In this document: in pieces, positions 1 through 8,140 of the stretch | Position numbering within the stretch: the first letter of the stretch is position 1 | Layout of the letters: each line of letters begins with the position of its first letter | Assembly: GCA_964589775.1 (NCBI GenBank) | Contig: CAZPUN010000009.1 | Location: 383-32,382 of the forward strand | Direction: 5' to 3' | From: an uncultured archaeon | GTDB lineage: Archaea; Asgardarchaeota; Thorarchaeia; Thorarchaeales; CAZPUN01 | DNA length: 32,000 nucleotides | Made by a program: the position numbers and the translations under genes | The notes under the pieces: generated by a model | The model's database searches: none | Told to the model about the DNA's origin: nothing | The model's input: the letters and a program-made list of their open reading frames with translations, nothing else

Positions 1-1204
1 TACTATTCTTGAAATGCGCCCATTTGGAAAAAATGAGATCCCTGACTCCATATCTGGACGTGGTTCATATGTACATTTTACACTGCAAAAGAGGAAACTT
101 ACTACATTTGATGTTGCGAATATACTTTCAAGATTTCTAAAAACGCCTCATATTTATATATCCTTTGCAGGGCTGAAAGATAAACAAGCAATTACCGTGC
201 AACGTATGAGTATTAAGGATCTATCTCTTAGTAAAATTCGTAATTTTCATCACGAAGATATTGTGATTTGGGACCTTAAACGTGAAAGAAGGCCAATCTT
301 TCCCGGTTCTCTATATGGAAATAGATTTACTATTATAATCCGAAATATAGAAGTTAATAATTTTTCTGAAGACGATTTTATAATTTTTCAAAAAACGCCA
401 TTATATAATTTCTTCGGAATACAAAGATTTGGTCTTACAAGACCATCTAGTCATATTGTCGGACGATATTTAATTAAGAGAGATTATTTTGAAGCAGTTC
501 GCCATTTTGTAGGTGGTTTTTCTCCTTATGAACAAGAAGAAATTATTGAATTTAGAAAAAATCTCTTCGACAACTTTGAAGTTACTGAGAATATTATTAG
601 TAAAATTCCAAAAGCTCTTAATTACGAAAAAATTGTGTTGTGGCATCTTTTAAAGCATCCCGAAGACTATTTGGGTGCAATATTACGACTTCCGTATCGG
701 CTTGTAAAAATACTTGTGCATTCATACCAATCCTATTTATTTAATAAAATCCTTAGCTATAGAATTCGTTCTGGTAAGTCAATAGACCATGTTTATCCGG
801 GGGAATTTATTGCGACTCCTGAGCCAAGTGGATTTGGTTATGAAGAATGGATGCTTGTTTCTGAAGACAATATTGAATTAGCTCAATCAAAAATTGAATC
901 CGGCGAGAAAATAATTGTCTATCCTATCCCTGGATATTCAACAAAGATGCCTCCCGGATTTCTTAGGGATACAATTCTAAAAGTACTAAATGATGAAAAA
1001 ATTAAACTACGAGATTTTCGTAATGATAAAATAGATGTTCTTGATTCTCCTGGTTCATTAAGACCATTGTCGTTTAAGCCTCAAGAATTAAAAATAAGAA
1101 GGTTTGATGGAGAATTACTCCTTAAATTCATCTTGCGAAGGGGGTCTTATGCGACTGTATTTTTGAGGGAGATTATGAAAAATCATCCCTTTAATCGTGC
1201 TTGA
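1..1204 (+). CDS. truD: tRNA pseudouridine(13) synthase TruD/Pus7 (probably 5'-truncated by window edge)
   Basis: Motifs FAGLKDKQAITVQ (catalytic Asp), GNRFTIIIR, NFFGIQRFG, GSYATVFLREIMK; reading frame stays open upstream of the ATG at 14 to the window edge. Confidence 0.93.
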   Translation, partial: TILEMRPFGKNEIPDSISGRGSYVHFTLQKRKLTTFDVANILSRFLKTPHIYISFAGLKDKQAITVQRMSIKDLSLSKIRNFHHEDIVIWDLKRERRPIFPGSLYGNRFTIIIRNIEVNNFSEDDFIIFQKTPLYNFFGIQRFGLTRPSSHIVGRYLIKRDYFEAVRHFVGGFSPYEQEEIIEFRKNLFDNFEVTENIISKIPKALNYEKIVLWHLLKHPEDYLGAILRLPYRLVKILVHSYQSYLFNKILSYRIRSGKSIDHVYPGEFIATPEPSGFGYEEWMLVSEDNIELAQSKIESGEKIIVYPIPGYSTKMPPGFLRDTILKVLNDEKIKLRDFRNDKIDVLDSPGSLRPLSFKPQELKIRRFDGELLLKFILRRGSYATVFLREIMKNHPFNRA

Positions 1205-1206
1205 GA

Positions 1207-1740
1207 TCATTTTCCTATTTGTGATAGTAGTCCTATTCTAATGTGCTCGCCGAACATTTTTTCAACAATTTCTGCAATAACTTCCTCAGGCATTGGCAAT
1301 CTATTTATGTCATCATCACTTATGATAACCATTTTCTCAATTGTGCCATCTGGAAGCCATACCTGATTAATGCCTAAAATTTTGACTGGCCGAATTAGCT
1401 CATCTATGAATGTTTTGACTTTTTTCGCATATTTTATCGGTTTGAATTGTTTCCCATATTCGAGCTCCAGTTTTTGTAACAGATCTTTACCATTTTTTGT
1501 TGAAAATACATCCAGCGGACTTTTTAGAACTAACAGGAATTTATCTGATATTTCTATGATTCTTTTAATATCTAATGAATCTATGAATTTATATTCTCTT
1601 CTCAAGCTCCAGATATATCGTGAGATATCTACATCGTTTTGAGTAATTCTCCCTGAATCTAATTCGATTTGACATTTTGGGCAAAGTTCATCTAAATCTG
1701 TTTTCAAACAAAATCCACATATTGGAGCTTTCAGAGTCAT
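1207..1740 (-). CDS. Archaeal NusA-like KH-domain protein with N-terminal Cys cluster
   Basis: N-terminal KAPICGFCLKT...LCPKC and C-terminal LIRPVKILGINQVWLPDGT, typical of the archaeal NusA paralog family. Confidence 0.75.
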   Translation of the reverse strand: MTLKAPICGFCLKTDLDELCPKCQIELDSGRITQNDVDISRYIWSLRREYKFIDSLDIKRIIEISDKFLLVLKSPLDVFSTKNGKDLLQKLELEYGKQFKPIKYAKKVKTFIDELIRPVKILGINQVWLPDGTIEKMVIISDDDINRLPMPEEVIAEIVEKMFGEHIRIGLLSQIGK

Positions 1741-1943
1741 CACCGCTTTTATATTTTAATCTCTAATTTATCATGAAGGTGTACCTACTATTTCTTAATC
1801 TCATGTAGGTCATTGTATTATATTATTTAAAACTATTCAATTTTATAACTTTCCAAAACGATAATCTTTTATAGATACTCTCAATGTGTGCTTTAGCATA
1901 AATTATTGCTGAATTATTAAAATTATAATTACGAGGGAACAAT

Positions 1944-2105
1944 ATGCCCGTAGCTGATCCAATGAAAAGACGTATAGCAATGCATCATCTATTAGAGAAG
2001 AAGATTTGCCGAAAATGTGGCGCAACTCTTCCACCAAATGCAAAGAAATGCCGAAAATGTCGTAGTAAGGATCTTAGACCAAAGCGAAAATTGAAGTCCA
2101 AGTAA
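1944..2105 (+). CDS. rpl40e: 50S ribosomal protein eL40 (53 aa, not in ORF track)
   Basis: Manual translation MPVADPMKRRIAMHHLLEKKICRKCGATLPPNAKKCRKCRSKDLRPKRKLKSK; KICRKC-x10-CRKC-x4-LRPK signature; GAGGG upstream. Confidence 0.95.
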   Translation: MPVADPMKRRIAMHHLLEKKICRKCGATLPPNAKKCRKCRSKDLRPKRKLKSK

Positions 2106-2122
2106 TCAATGTAATACAATAT

Positions 2123-2218
2123 GGGCTGGTGGTCTAGCGGTTATGACACTTTAATCCCAAGCATAAAGCCGCCCTCACACGGCGGAGGTCGCGGGATCGA
2201 GTCCCGTCCAGCCCACCA
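2123..2218 (+). tRNA. tRNA-Val(CAC) with 20-nt non-canonical intron at position 25/26 (2148-2167), CCA encoded
   Basis: Acceptor GGGCTGG/CCAGCCC; anticodon arm CCGCC-CT-CAC-AC-GGCGG; bulge-helix-bulge (BHB)-type motif with central helix TATG/CATA and bulges AC|A and AA|G. Confidence 0.92.
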
Positions 2219-2248
2219 TTCCTCATAATTCCTCTGGGGGTTTAAAAA

Positions 2249-2443
2249 TTGCCAAGACAAATAATGGATGAAGAAGAATTCCTTGCAATATCAGAAAGAG
2301 CTTATGAATGCCGAATAAAAAGAACAAAAGAGAATGTAAAGCTGAAATTAAGAACAAAGTCCCAGCTATATACACTTGTGGTTTCGCCCGAAAAAGCTGA
2401 GGCTTTAATTCAGAAAATAAAATGTGCAATTCGTGAGGTATAA
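2249..2443 (+). CDS. rpl38e: 50S ribosomal protein eL38
   Basis: MPRQI-D-EEFL...RIKR...VKLKLRT...LYTLVV...KAE matches the eL38 consensus; TTG start after a GGGGG Shine-Dalgarno (SD)-like motif. Confidence 0.9.
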   Translation: MPRQIMDEEEFLAISERAYECRIKRTKENVKLKLRTKSQLYTLVVSPEKAEALIQKIKCAIREV

Positions 2444-2448
2444 TTCAC

Positions 2449-2473
2449 AGGACGAGCATATTTCGTCCTTTTC
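2449..2473 (+). terminator. Hairpin plus T-tract after rpl38e
   Basis: AGGACGAG-CATAT-TTCGTCCT followed by a T run. Confidence 0.6.
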
Positions 2474-2556
2474 GTTTACCTATTTTGGTCATTTAATAAT
2501 ATTGATAAGTGTATATTATAAATTAATTTGATTGAAATTCACATAAGTAGTGGGAT

Positions 2557-3825
2557 ATGATTAGTTTGGTATCAATTTCTTTCTTAGGCTCATGTGGTGA
2601 AGTTGGAAGATCCGCAATTAAAATTGCACATAATGGAGAATCTATCTTAGTTGATTATGGGGTTGTCTTTAATAAATATCCACATTTCCCACAAACTACC
2701 TCCCTTAGTGATTTGAAGGGGATAGTAGTAACGCATGCACATTTGGATCATTCTGGCGCCTTGCCTTTGATTTTCGCAAGTCGCGAAATACCCGTTTATG
2801 CAACTAAAACAACTCACGAGTTAGCAAATATGTTAATCCGTGATATGTTAAATATTTCAGGTTATTATTTACCTTTTGAGCAATCTGAGCTTAACCGCCT
2901 TAGATTAAATAGTATCAATGTGGAATATAATACTCCTTTTACAATAGGTAAAGAATTTACGATTACTCTTTTTAATGCAGGTCACATCCCCGGAAGTGCG
3001 ATGGTTCTTGTAGAAGTTGGTGGCAAGCGAATTCTTGTTACTGGAGATATTAATACTGAAAATACTAGATTACTAAATGGAAATTATAAAGATCTTTCTG
3101 ATTTAGATGCTGTAATCACTGAAAGTACATATGCTAACGTTAAATTACCAAACCGACAAGAAATCGAGCAAGGATTAATTGATAAAATTATTGAAACTCG
3201 TGAGCGCGGAGGCGTGGTTCTTATTCCTGCTTTCGCTGTAGGCCGCTCACAAGAAGTAATGATGATCTTAGATGCATTTGGGGTTTCTGATAATATCTAT
3301 TTGGACGGTATGGCGAGAAACACAAATCTCATTCTCGAACAAAATCCCGATTCGCTTCGAGATTTTAATGCATTTGAACATGCGCTTTCTAATGTCTTTG
3401 AAATAGAAAATAGTTCTCAAAGAATTCATGCTATATTTGATGGGTCCGTAATTATATCACCTGCAGGTATGCTTAAAGGTGGAGCTTCAAAGTATTACTT
3501 TAAAAAATTATACAAAGAAAAACGAAATCTATTTGTTTTAGTAAGTTATCAAATTGAAGGTACTCCAGGTCATGATCTGTTAACAACCGGCTCCGTTAGA
3601 TTTAATGGGACTCGCTTGAAAGTGAATGCTGAAATTGCCTCTTTTCATTTATCTTCTCATGTAGATGGACCTAATCTTAAGAATTTTATTGAAAGAATCA
3701 GTAAAGATGCTACAATTTACATTGTACATGGAGAACCTGAGTCTAATAATGCGTTATATACTAATTTATCAAAGGACGGATTTTCTGCAAAAATTCCAAA
3801 TATTAATGATTCTATCAATTTATAA
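2557..3825 (+). CDS. Metallo-beta-lactamase/beta-CASP ribonuclease (aCPSF2-like, no N-terminal KH domains)
   Basis: THAHLDHSG, AGHIPGS, TGD, ITESTY, PAFAVGRSQE, LSSHVD and IVHGE motifs. Confidence 0.9.
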   Translation: MISLVSISFLGSCGEVGRSAIKIAHNGESILVDYGVVFNKYPHFPQTTSLSDLKGIVVTHAHLDHSGALPLIFASREIPVYATKTTHELANMLIRDMLNISGYYLPFEQSELNRLRLNSINVEYNTPFTIGKEFTITLFNAGHIPGSAMVLVEVGGKRILVTGDINTENTRLLNGNYKDLSDLDAVITESTYANVKLPNRQEIEQGLIDKIIETRERGGVVLIPAFAVGRSQEVMMILDAFGVSDNIYLDGMARNTNLILEQNPDSLRDFNAFEHALSNVFEIENSSQRIHAIFDGSVIISPAGMLKGGASKYYFKKLYKEKRNLFVLVSYQIEGTPGHDLLTTGSVRFNGTRLKVNAEIASFHLSSHVDGPNLKNFIERISKDATIYIVHGEPESNNALYTNLSKDGFSAKIPNINDSINL

Positions 3826-3854
3826 ATAAAAAAGAAAAAAGGGAAAATTTGGTA

Positions 3855-4217
3855 TTATCTACCAAATGCTGCCTTGACATCCGGTTGCCATAGGTATAGA
3901 ACAATTATTAAGTTGATAATGATGCCAATGATGTTTAATCCGATGATTCCAAATATTAGTCCGATTATACCGAAGATCAAAGCTAAGAGCCATGCCCATG
4001 ATTTTAGTGTCCATAAGCCCCATCCGATAATGAAGTCAATAATACCAATTAATAGTGGTATTAATGCGAAGATTAATAAAACCGTACCTAATGAGGGGTC
4101 ATATTGCATGGCGACCATAGCAAGCATCATTGATAGACCGCCGCCAATAAGACCAAATATTCCTCCGATAAATTCGAGTATTGCAAGTATAGTTACTCCA
4201 GTTGGTCTAGCAGACAT
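3855..4217 (-). CDS. Small multi-pass membrane protein of unknown function (RPTGVTILAIL type)
   Basis: Three to four Gly-rich hydrophobic segments, GWGLWTLKSWAW motif, GGAGG SD upstream. Confidence 0.8.
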   Translation of the reverse strand: MSARPTGVTILAILEFIGGIFGLIGGGLSMMLAMVAMQYDPSLGTVLLIFALIPLLIGIIDFIIGWGLWTLKSWAWLLALIFGIIGLIFGIIGLNIIGIIINLIIVLYLWQPDVKAAFGR

Positions 4218-4312
4218 ACTTATTTACTCCTCCATTTTTGTATCTTACAAGATGATGGATTTTTATCCATCTTAAGAATATTAATAAAAAAATCTCTAAT
4301 AAGATTATCGTA

Positions 4313-4681
4313 TTAATTTGATACTTTTTTAAATGTATTTCTTATCGGTTTTTGTAATAAGTAAACATTAAATAATAAATATATATTTACAAACAACCAA
4401 TCTTGAATTATTATATCAATAATTATTGCAAATGGTGAAATAATTACACCAATTATCCAGCCCCATCGTTTAATTTTTGCTAAGCCAATTCCGCTAAAAA
4501 TACACAACAATCCTAAATATATACTAATTAGTTCATAATTAAAAGGCGGTAAAATATCGGAAATAGATATTATTATTGGCATAGAACCAAGTATGCGTAA
4601 AATGATCTTTAAAATTGAGACCAAACCGATAAAAATTGCTAAGCCTGCTAAAGTTTTGACTCCTATTGCTGATTCAGACAT
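4313..4681 (-). CDS. Small multi-pass membrane protein, paralog of 3855-4217
   Basis: Same layout: GVKTLA N-terminus, GIGLAKIKRWGW, YLLQKPIRNTF C-terminus; GAGG SD. Confidence 0.7.
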   Translation of the reverse strand: MSESAIGVKTLAGLAIFIGLVSILKIILRILGSMPIIISISDILPPFNYELISIYLGLLCIFSGIGLAKIKRWGWIIGVIISPFAIIIDIIIQDWLFVNIYLLFNVYLLQKPIRNTFKKVSN

Positions 4682-4763
4682 ATTTGTTTCCTCATAAATT
4701 ATTGTAGTTCTTTTGAATTTAAAAGAAAAATTAAATTTATGGGGGGTGGCAATATGCTTCCAC

Positions 4764-4904
4764 TCAACCCCATAATTCGCGCTTTAAAAGATCTCGTATT
4801 GCAATTCTTATTGCTTCTGAACGATTTGGGTATAATTTTGAAGCAACAAGCTTTTCGAGACCTTCAACATATTGTTCAGGAACATGAAGTGTAATCAGTC
4901 TCAC
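4764..4904 (-). CDS. Ribbon-helix-helix transcription regulator, CdrS/CopG-like (46 aa, not in ORF track)
   Basis: Manual translation MRLITLHVPEQYVEGLEKLVASKLYPNRSEAIRIAIRDLLKRELWG; GTG start with GAGGTGA SD at 4911-4917; YPNRSEAIR-x-AIRDLL motif. Confidence 0.88.
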   Translation of the reverse strand: MRLITLHVPEQYVEGLEKLVASKLYPNRSEAIRIAIRDLLKRELWG

Positions 4905-5020
4905 TTTCTCTCACCTCTTAGTATTCTGCAGTCTGTTCGACTTGGGTATAACCTCGAATTGACAATTTTTTCGAGATGTTCAATGTATTCTTTAGGCGTT
5001 CGAATTGTTATCTTTTTCAC
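4901..5020 (-). CDS. Second, truncated or divergent RHH paralog (39 aa, not in ORF track; may be a pseudogene)
   Basis: MKKITIRTPKEYIEHLEKIVNSRLYPSRTDCRILRGERK aligns ungapped with the downstream RHH over about 30 aa; its TGA overlaps the next GTG start (GTGA). Confidence 0.6.
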   Translation of the reverse strand: MKKITIRTPKEYIEHLEKIVNSRLYPSRTDCRILRGERK

Positions 5021-5057
5021 ACATTTTCGCCTTCTATATGTTCTCCAAATTCTCTGT

Positions 5058-5087
5058 GTAATACAAATACTAAGGTGTTTGTATTAC
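5058..5087. promoter_or_regulatory. Palindromic candidate operator over the predicted start site of the RHH pair
   Basis: GTAATACAAATAC-TAAG-GTGTTTGTATTAC (12/13 inverted match), directly downstream of minus-strand TATA-like TTTAATATATAA (about 5094-5105). Confidence 0.55.
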
Positions 5088-5100
5088 TTTGCCTTATATA

Positions 5101-6369
5101 TTAAATTTCAACCATCCCATAGATCCCTCCACCCCCCTGAGAAACTTTCAAAGTTCCTTTTCGTGTATTTAATATTAATGTGGCAAGAGACTTGTCATAT
5201 GCTTCAAGTTCCTCTTTTGTAGAATCTACAAGAATTCGTGATTCATCTCCAAAATCCGAAATAATCTTTTGATAATAACGTTTTACAGTAACACTATTTG
5301 CTGTCTTTAAACCTAATGAGGCACGAATTAATTCCATAAGTGGTGCTACCCAAATATATGGCGGTCTATGTTCTGGATGTATTTCTTCATCGATATCTGC
5401 GATTAATTCTATTCGATCTTTTACTCCTAACGATAGTATTGCATTACAATATGGGCAGCGTTCCTTTCCGGATTGAATCCTTTGTAAGAAGTTTAAAGCA
5501 AGTTGTTTTTCTGGATAATAATATATTATGAAATCTGGATGGATTTCTTTTGGTTTTGTACCAATTAAAATTTTGACACGTCTTTTGCAATTCTTACAAA
5601 AGCTAGAGTAATATTTTCCTAAGCGTGGATCAAAACCTGCATTTAAAATAACTTTTCGGCCTTTTTTTCTTAGTATTGCTTTTTTGATTTCATCGAAAGT
5701 TGGTTCTTGAATTTGAAATCTATTAAATTCGCGACCTAATTTTAATGGAGTAGGCGAATGTGCATCGCTATTTGATAGAAATGTAACCTTGTGTAATTCT
5801 GAGATCCTATCTGCTAAAATTGTATCTGCGGAAAGCCCTAATTCCAAAAATGAGACTTTATCCGCCAAATCTTCATAACATTCTTTTAAGCGTGAATATC
5901 TGCCTGCACGAAATATTGCTTTGAATGGGGTAAATGCATGTGCAGGACCCATTAAACCATCAACAGAGAGAACGATTTCTAGTATTTCGACTGCTTTCAA
6001 ATTAACATGTGGTCTTCCACCCCATGTTTTCGATATGTTGTTCGAAAATGGTTGTAGTTTTCTTTCTAATTCTTCTGCCGCTTCTAAATCTGGTAGAATT
6101 ACCAAGTGATGAACAGAATCAATATCCTCAATTTCTGTTGTAGGTATAAAATATATGCCATCTTTTAGTAGTGTGCCCTCTTTGTACTCTACATGTTCTT
6201 TTACATGTTCTCTCCATTGTTTGTGTGTAATATCGCCTGTACCCATGATGTTTATTCCTTTTTGCTTTGCACCTTGTATAATATTGGGTATTAACATTTT
6301 ATCTGAGACACCCATTGAATATCTAGAATGTATATGTAAGTCTGCATTAATTTCTAACATTTTTTTCAC
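5101..6369 (-). CDS. endoQ: PHP-domain endonuclease Q (TIGR00375 family)
   Basis: ADLHIHSRYS, GTGD, GPAHAFTP, LELGLSAD, SNSDAHSP, LGREFN, LGKY, CKNC/CPYC zinc pairs, GVKDRI, GGGGIYG. Confidence 0.88.
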   Translation of the reverse strand: MKKMLEINADLHIHSRYSMGVSDKMLIPNIIQGAKQKGINIMGTGDITHKQWREHVKEHVEYKEGTLLKDGIYFIPTTEIEDIDSVHHLVILPDLEAAEELERKLQPFSNNISKTWGGRPHVNLKAVEILEIVLSVDGLMGPAHAFTPFKAIFRAGRYSRLKECYEDLADKVSFLELGLSADTILADRISELHKVTFLSNSDAHSPTPLKLGREFNRFQIQEPTFDEIKKAILRKKGRKVILNAGFDPRLGKYYSSFCKNCKRRVKILIGTKPKEIHPDFIIYYYPEKQLALNFLQRIQSGKERCPYCNAILSLGVKDRIELIADIDEEIHPEHRPPYIWVAPLMELIRASLGLKTANSVTVKRYYQKIISDFGDESRILVDSTKEELEAYDKSLATLILNTRKGTLKVSQGGGGIYGMVEI

Positions 6370-6406
6370 TGCCTACCTCAATCTCAAAATTATAATCGTA
6401 AGAATT

Positions 6407-8128
6407 CTATTTAAAAGAAACCTTATCTATGATTGTTTTATCAAGAATTATCCCTGTTTTCTCTAAAAACTCTTCTTTGTTTTTATATGGCCTTTTTGAT
6501 ACGATGCTCGCAGCACGTTTTTTACCAATACCTGGAATTTTTTGTAATTCCGATAATTTAGCTGTGTTAATATTAAATGGATATCGCAGTATTGTAATTG
6601 ATCTATATCCGTGGTCAATAACAAAGCCATCTATATAAATTCCCAATTGCAGTTTTACTGGTGTATATGCTAAAAGCGGATACGAACCTAATTGCCTCAA
6701 TAACGTATTGTTTCCTTCATATTTTTCGCTATATAACCTTCTGATTATTGTTCCGCGAGGTACCACCTTTTGTAACATCGGTAGATCTATTTCAGTCCTA
6801 ATTTTCTCCTTTTGTTTAATAAAAAGAGAATGTGCTTTTTTACTATGTACGGATTTTGCGGTCCATAGTCGTGTTTTGCGATATGGCACTACTTGACGGA
6901 TGTTTATTCTTCGCACTAGTAGGTTTTTTTCTAAGATTGTCTTTAGGAATTCATAGTTTAATTCATATGTTTTTTCGCTCTCTCCTGGTAATCCATACAA
7001 TAAATTAATTCCCGGCAATAATTCTGGCAGTCCATTATATCCGCGTTTAGCTCCCACCTCATTTAATAGTTCAATGGCTCTTAATGCTTCATCAGGATAG
7101 ACTTTCAATCTATTTTGCTTAATTACTTGCGGGTCTGTAGATTCAATACCCATTGCTGCTACATCGCCTGGTGTATGATATGTAATTATTATTTTTGCAA
7201 CATCTTTGGATTCTTTCGGATGGTGTGATAATGTCCCGGGATTTACATTATCTATATGTAATGTTGTAAGGTTTGGTGCTACAGTTCTTATGCCATAAAA
7301 TAATTTTTTAATAGCTTCCGGATTTGGGGTTGGGAATTCTTTTTCACCAATTTCCTTGCTACCATAAGTAAAAATATCTGCTTGTCTTCCTAATCGGATA
7401 TCTCGAATACCAATTTCATATAATTCTTTTATTTCATTAATTATTGAATTCACATCTCTTAAATCTGGTATTCCATATAGTGGTTCAGTGCAAAATGAGC
7501 ATCCGCCTACGATATATCTTGGGCAGCCTCGATAAGTTTCTATTTCGATTATTATATAGTTCGGAAAGTTGGGATGTTGTACTACTAATTTTGTACCCCT
7601 TTGTATAAATTCTTCAATTTGTTTGTATGATTCTCGAATCTCCCCACGATCTCCTGCGGAGATTGAAAATTCCGAATTTACATAATTGTTTACAAATATT
7701 TCAATATCTCCAGATACGATCGCTTCAAAATAATCATTCAATTCATTAATATCTAAGGATTTTTTTCCTCCGATTCCACCAGCGCCAAATCTGCCCCATG
7801 GTCCCCCCAATATTCTATCAATATTTGTAAGGTTACCCAATTCGCTCATAATTTTTTTAGTTTCTCGAATCGATATTGGCGTTCCACCAATATACTTTCC
7901 CGGTACAATGGGGCCTGCAATCAGAATTACCGCTTTGGATGTGGCGATCTTTTTAATTAAATTCCAGTCTTTTCGAATTTGATCAATTGTATAATATAGT
8001 ACATCAACTTCTTTATTTGCTGCCCAAATTGCTCCTGCTATATATCTCGGATATGGACTCAGATATGGTGGAACGCCTAAACATGTTGGTTCATCTACAT
8101 ATCCATCTATTATTGTGATGGTGGTCAC
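6407..8128 (-). CDS. Radical SAM protein with C-terminal helix-hairpin-helix (COG1031-like)
   Basis: IDGYVDEPTCLGVPPYLSPYPRY N-terminus, ETYRGCPRYIVGGCSFC cluster motif, LHIDNVNP, RRINIRQV, HhH LQKIPGIGKKRA. Confidence 0.87.
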   Translation of the reverse strand: MTTITIIDGYVDEPTCLGVPPYLSPYPRYIAGAIWAANKEVDVLYYTIDQIRKDWNLIKKIATSKAVILIAGPIVPGKYIGGTPISIRETKKIMSELGNLTNIDRILGGPWGRFGAGGIGGKKSLDINELNDYFEAIVSGDIEIFVNNYVNSEFSISAGDRGEIRESYKQIEEFIQRGTKLVVQHPNFPNYIIIEIETYRGCPRYIVGGCSFCTEPLYGIPDLRDVNSIINEIKELYEIGIRDIRLGRQADIFTYGSKEIGEKEFPTPNPEAIKKLFYGIRTVAPNLTTLHIDNVNPGTLSHHPKESKDVAKIIITYHTPGDVAAMGIESTDPQVIKQNRLKVYPDEALRAIELLNEVGAKRGYNGLPELLPGINLLYGLPGESEKTYELNYEFLKTILEKNLLVRRINIRQVVPYRKTRLWTAKSVHSKKAHSLFIKQKEKIRTEIDLPMLQKVVPRGTIIRRLYSEKYEGNNTLLRQLGSYPLLAYTPVKLQLGIYIDGFVIDHGYRSITILRYPFNINTAKLSELQKIPGIGKKRAASIVSKRPYKNKEEFLEKTGIILDKTIIDKVSFK

Positions 8129-8140
8129 TTTTTTTCTCTC

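Noticed and set aside
3874-4275. 133-aa plus-strand Ile/Pro-rich ORF
   Set aside because: Antisense shadow of the Gly/Ile-rich membrane protein gene, which has the SD and a paralog
4872-5222. 116-aa plus-strand ORF
   Set aside because: Antisense to the RHH genes and the endoQ end; no recognisable features
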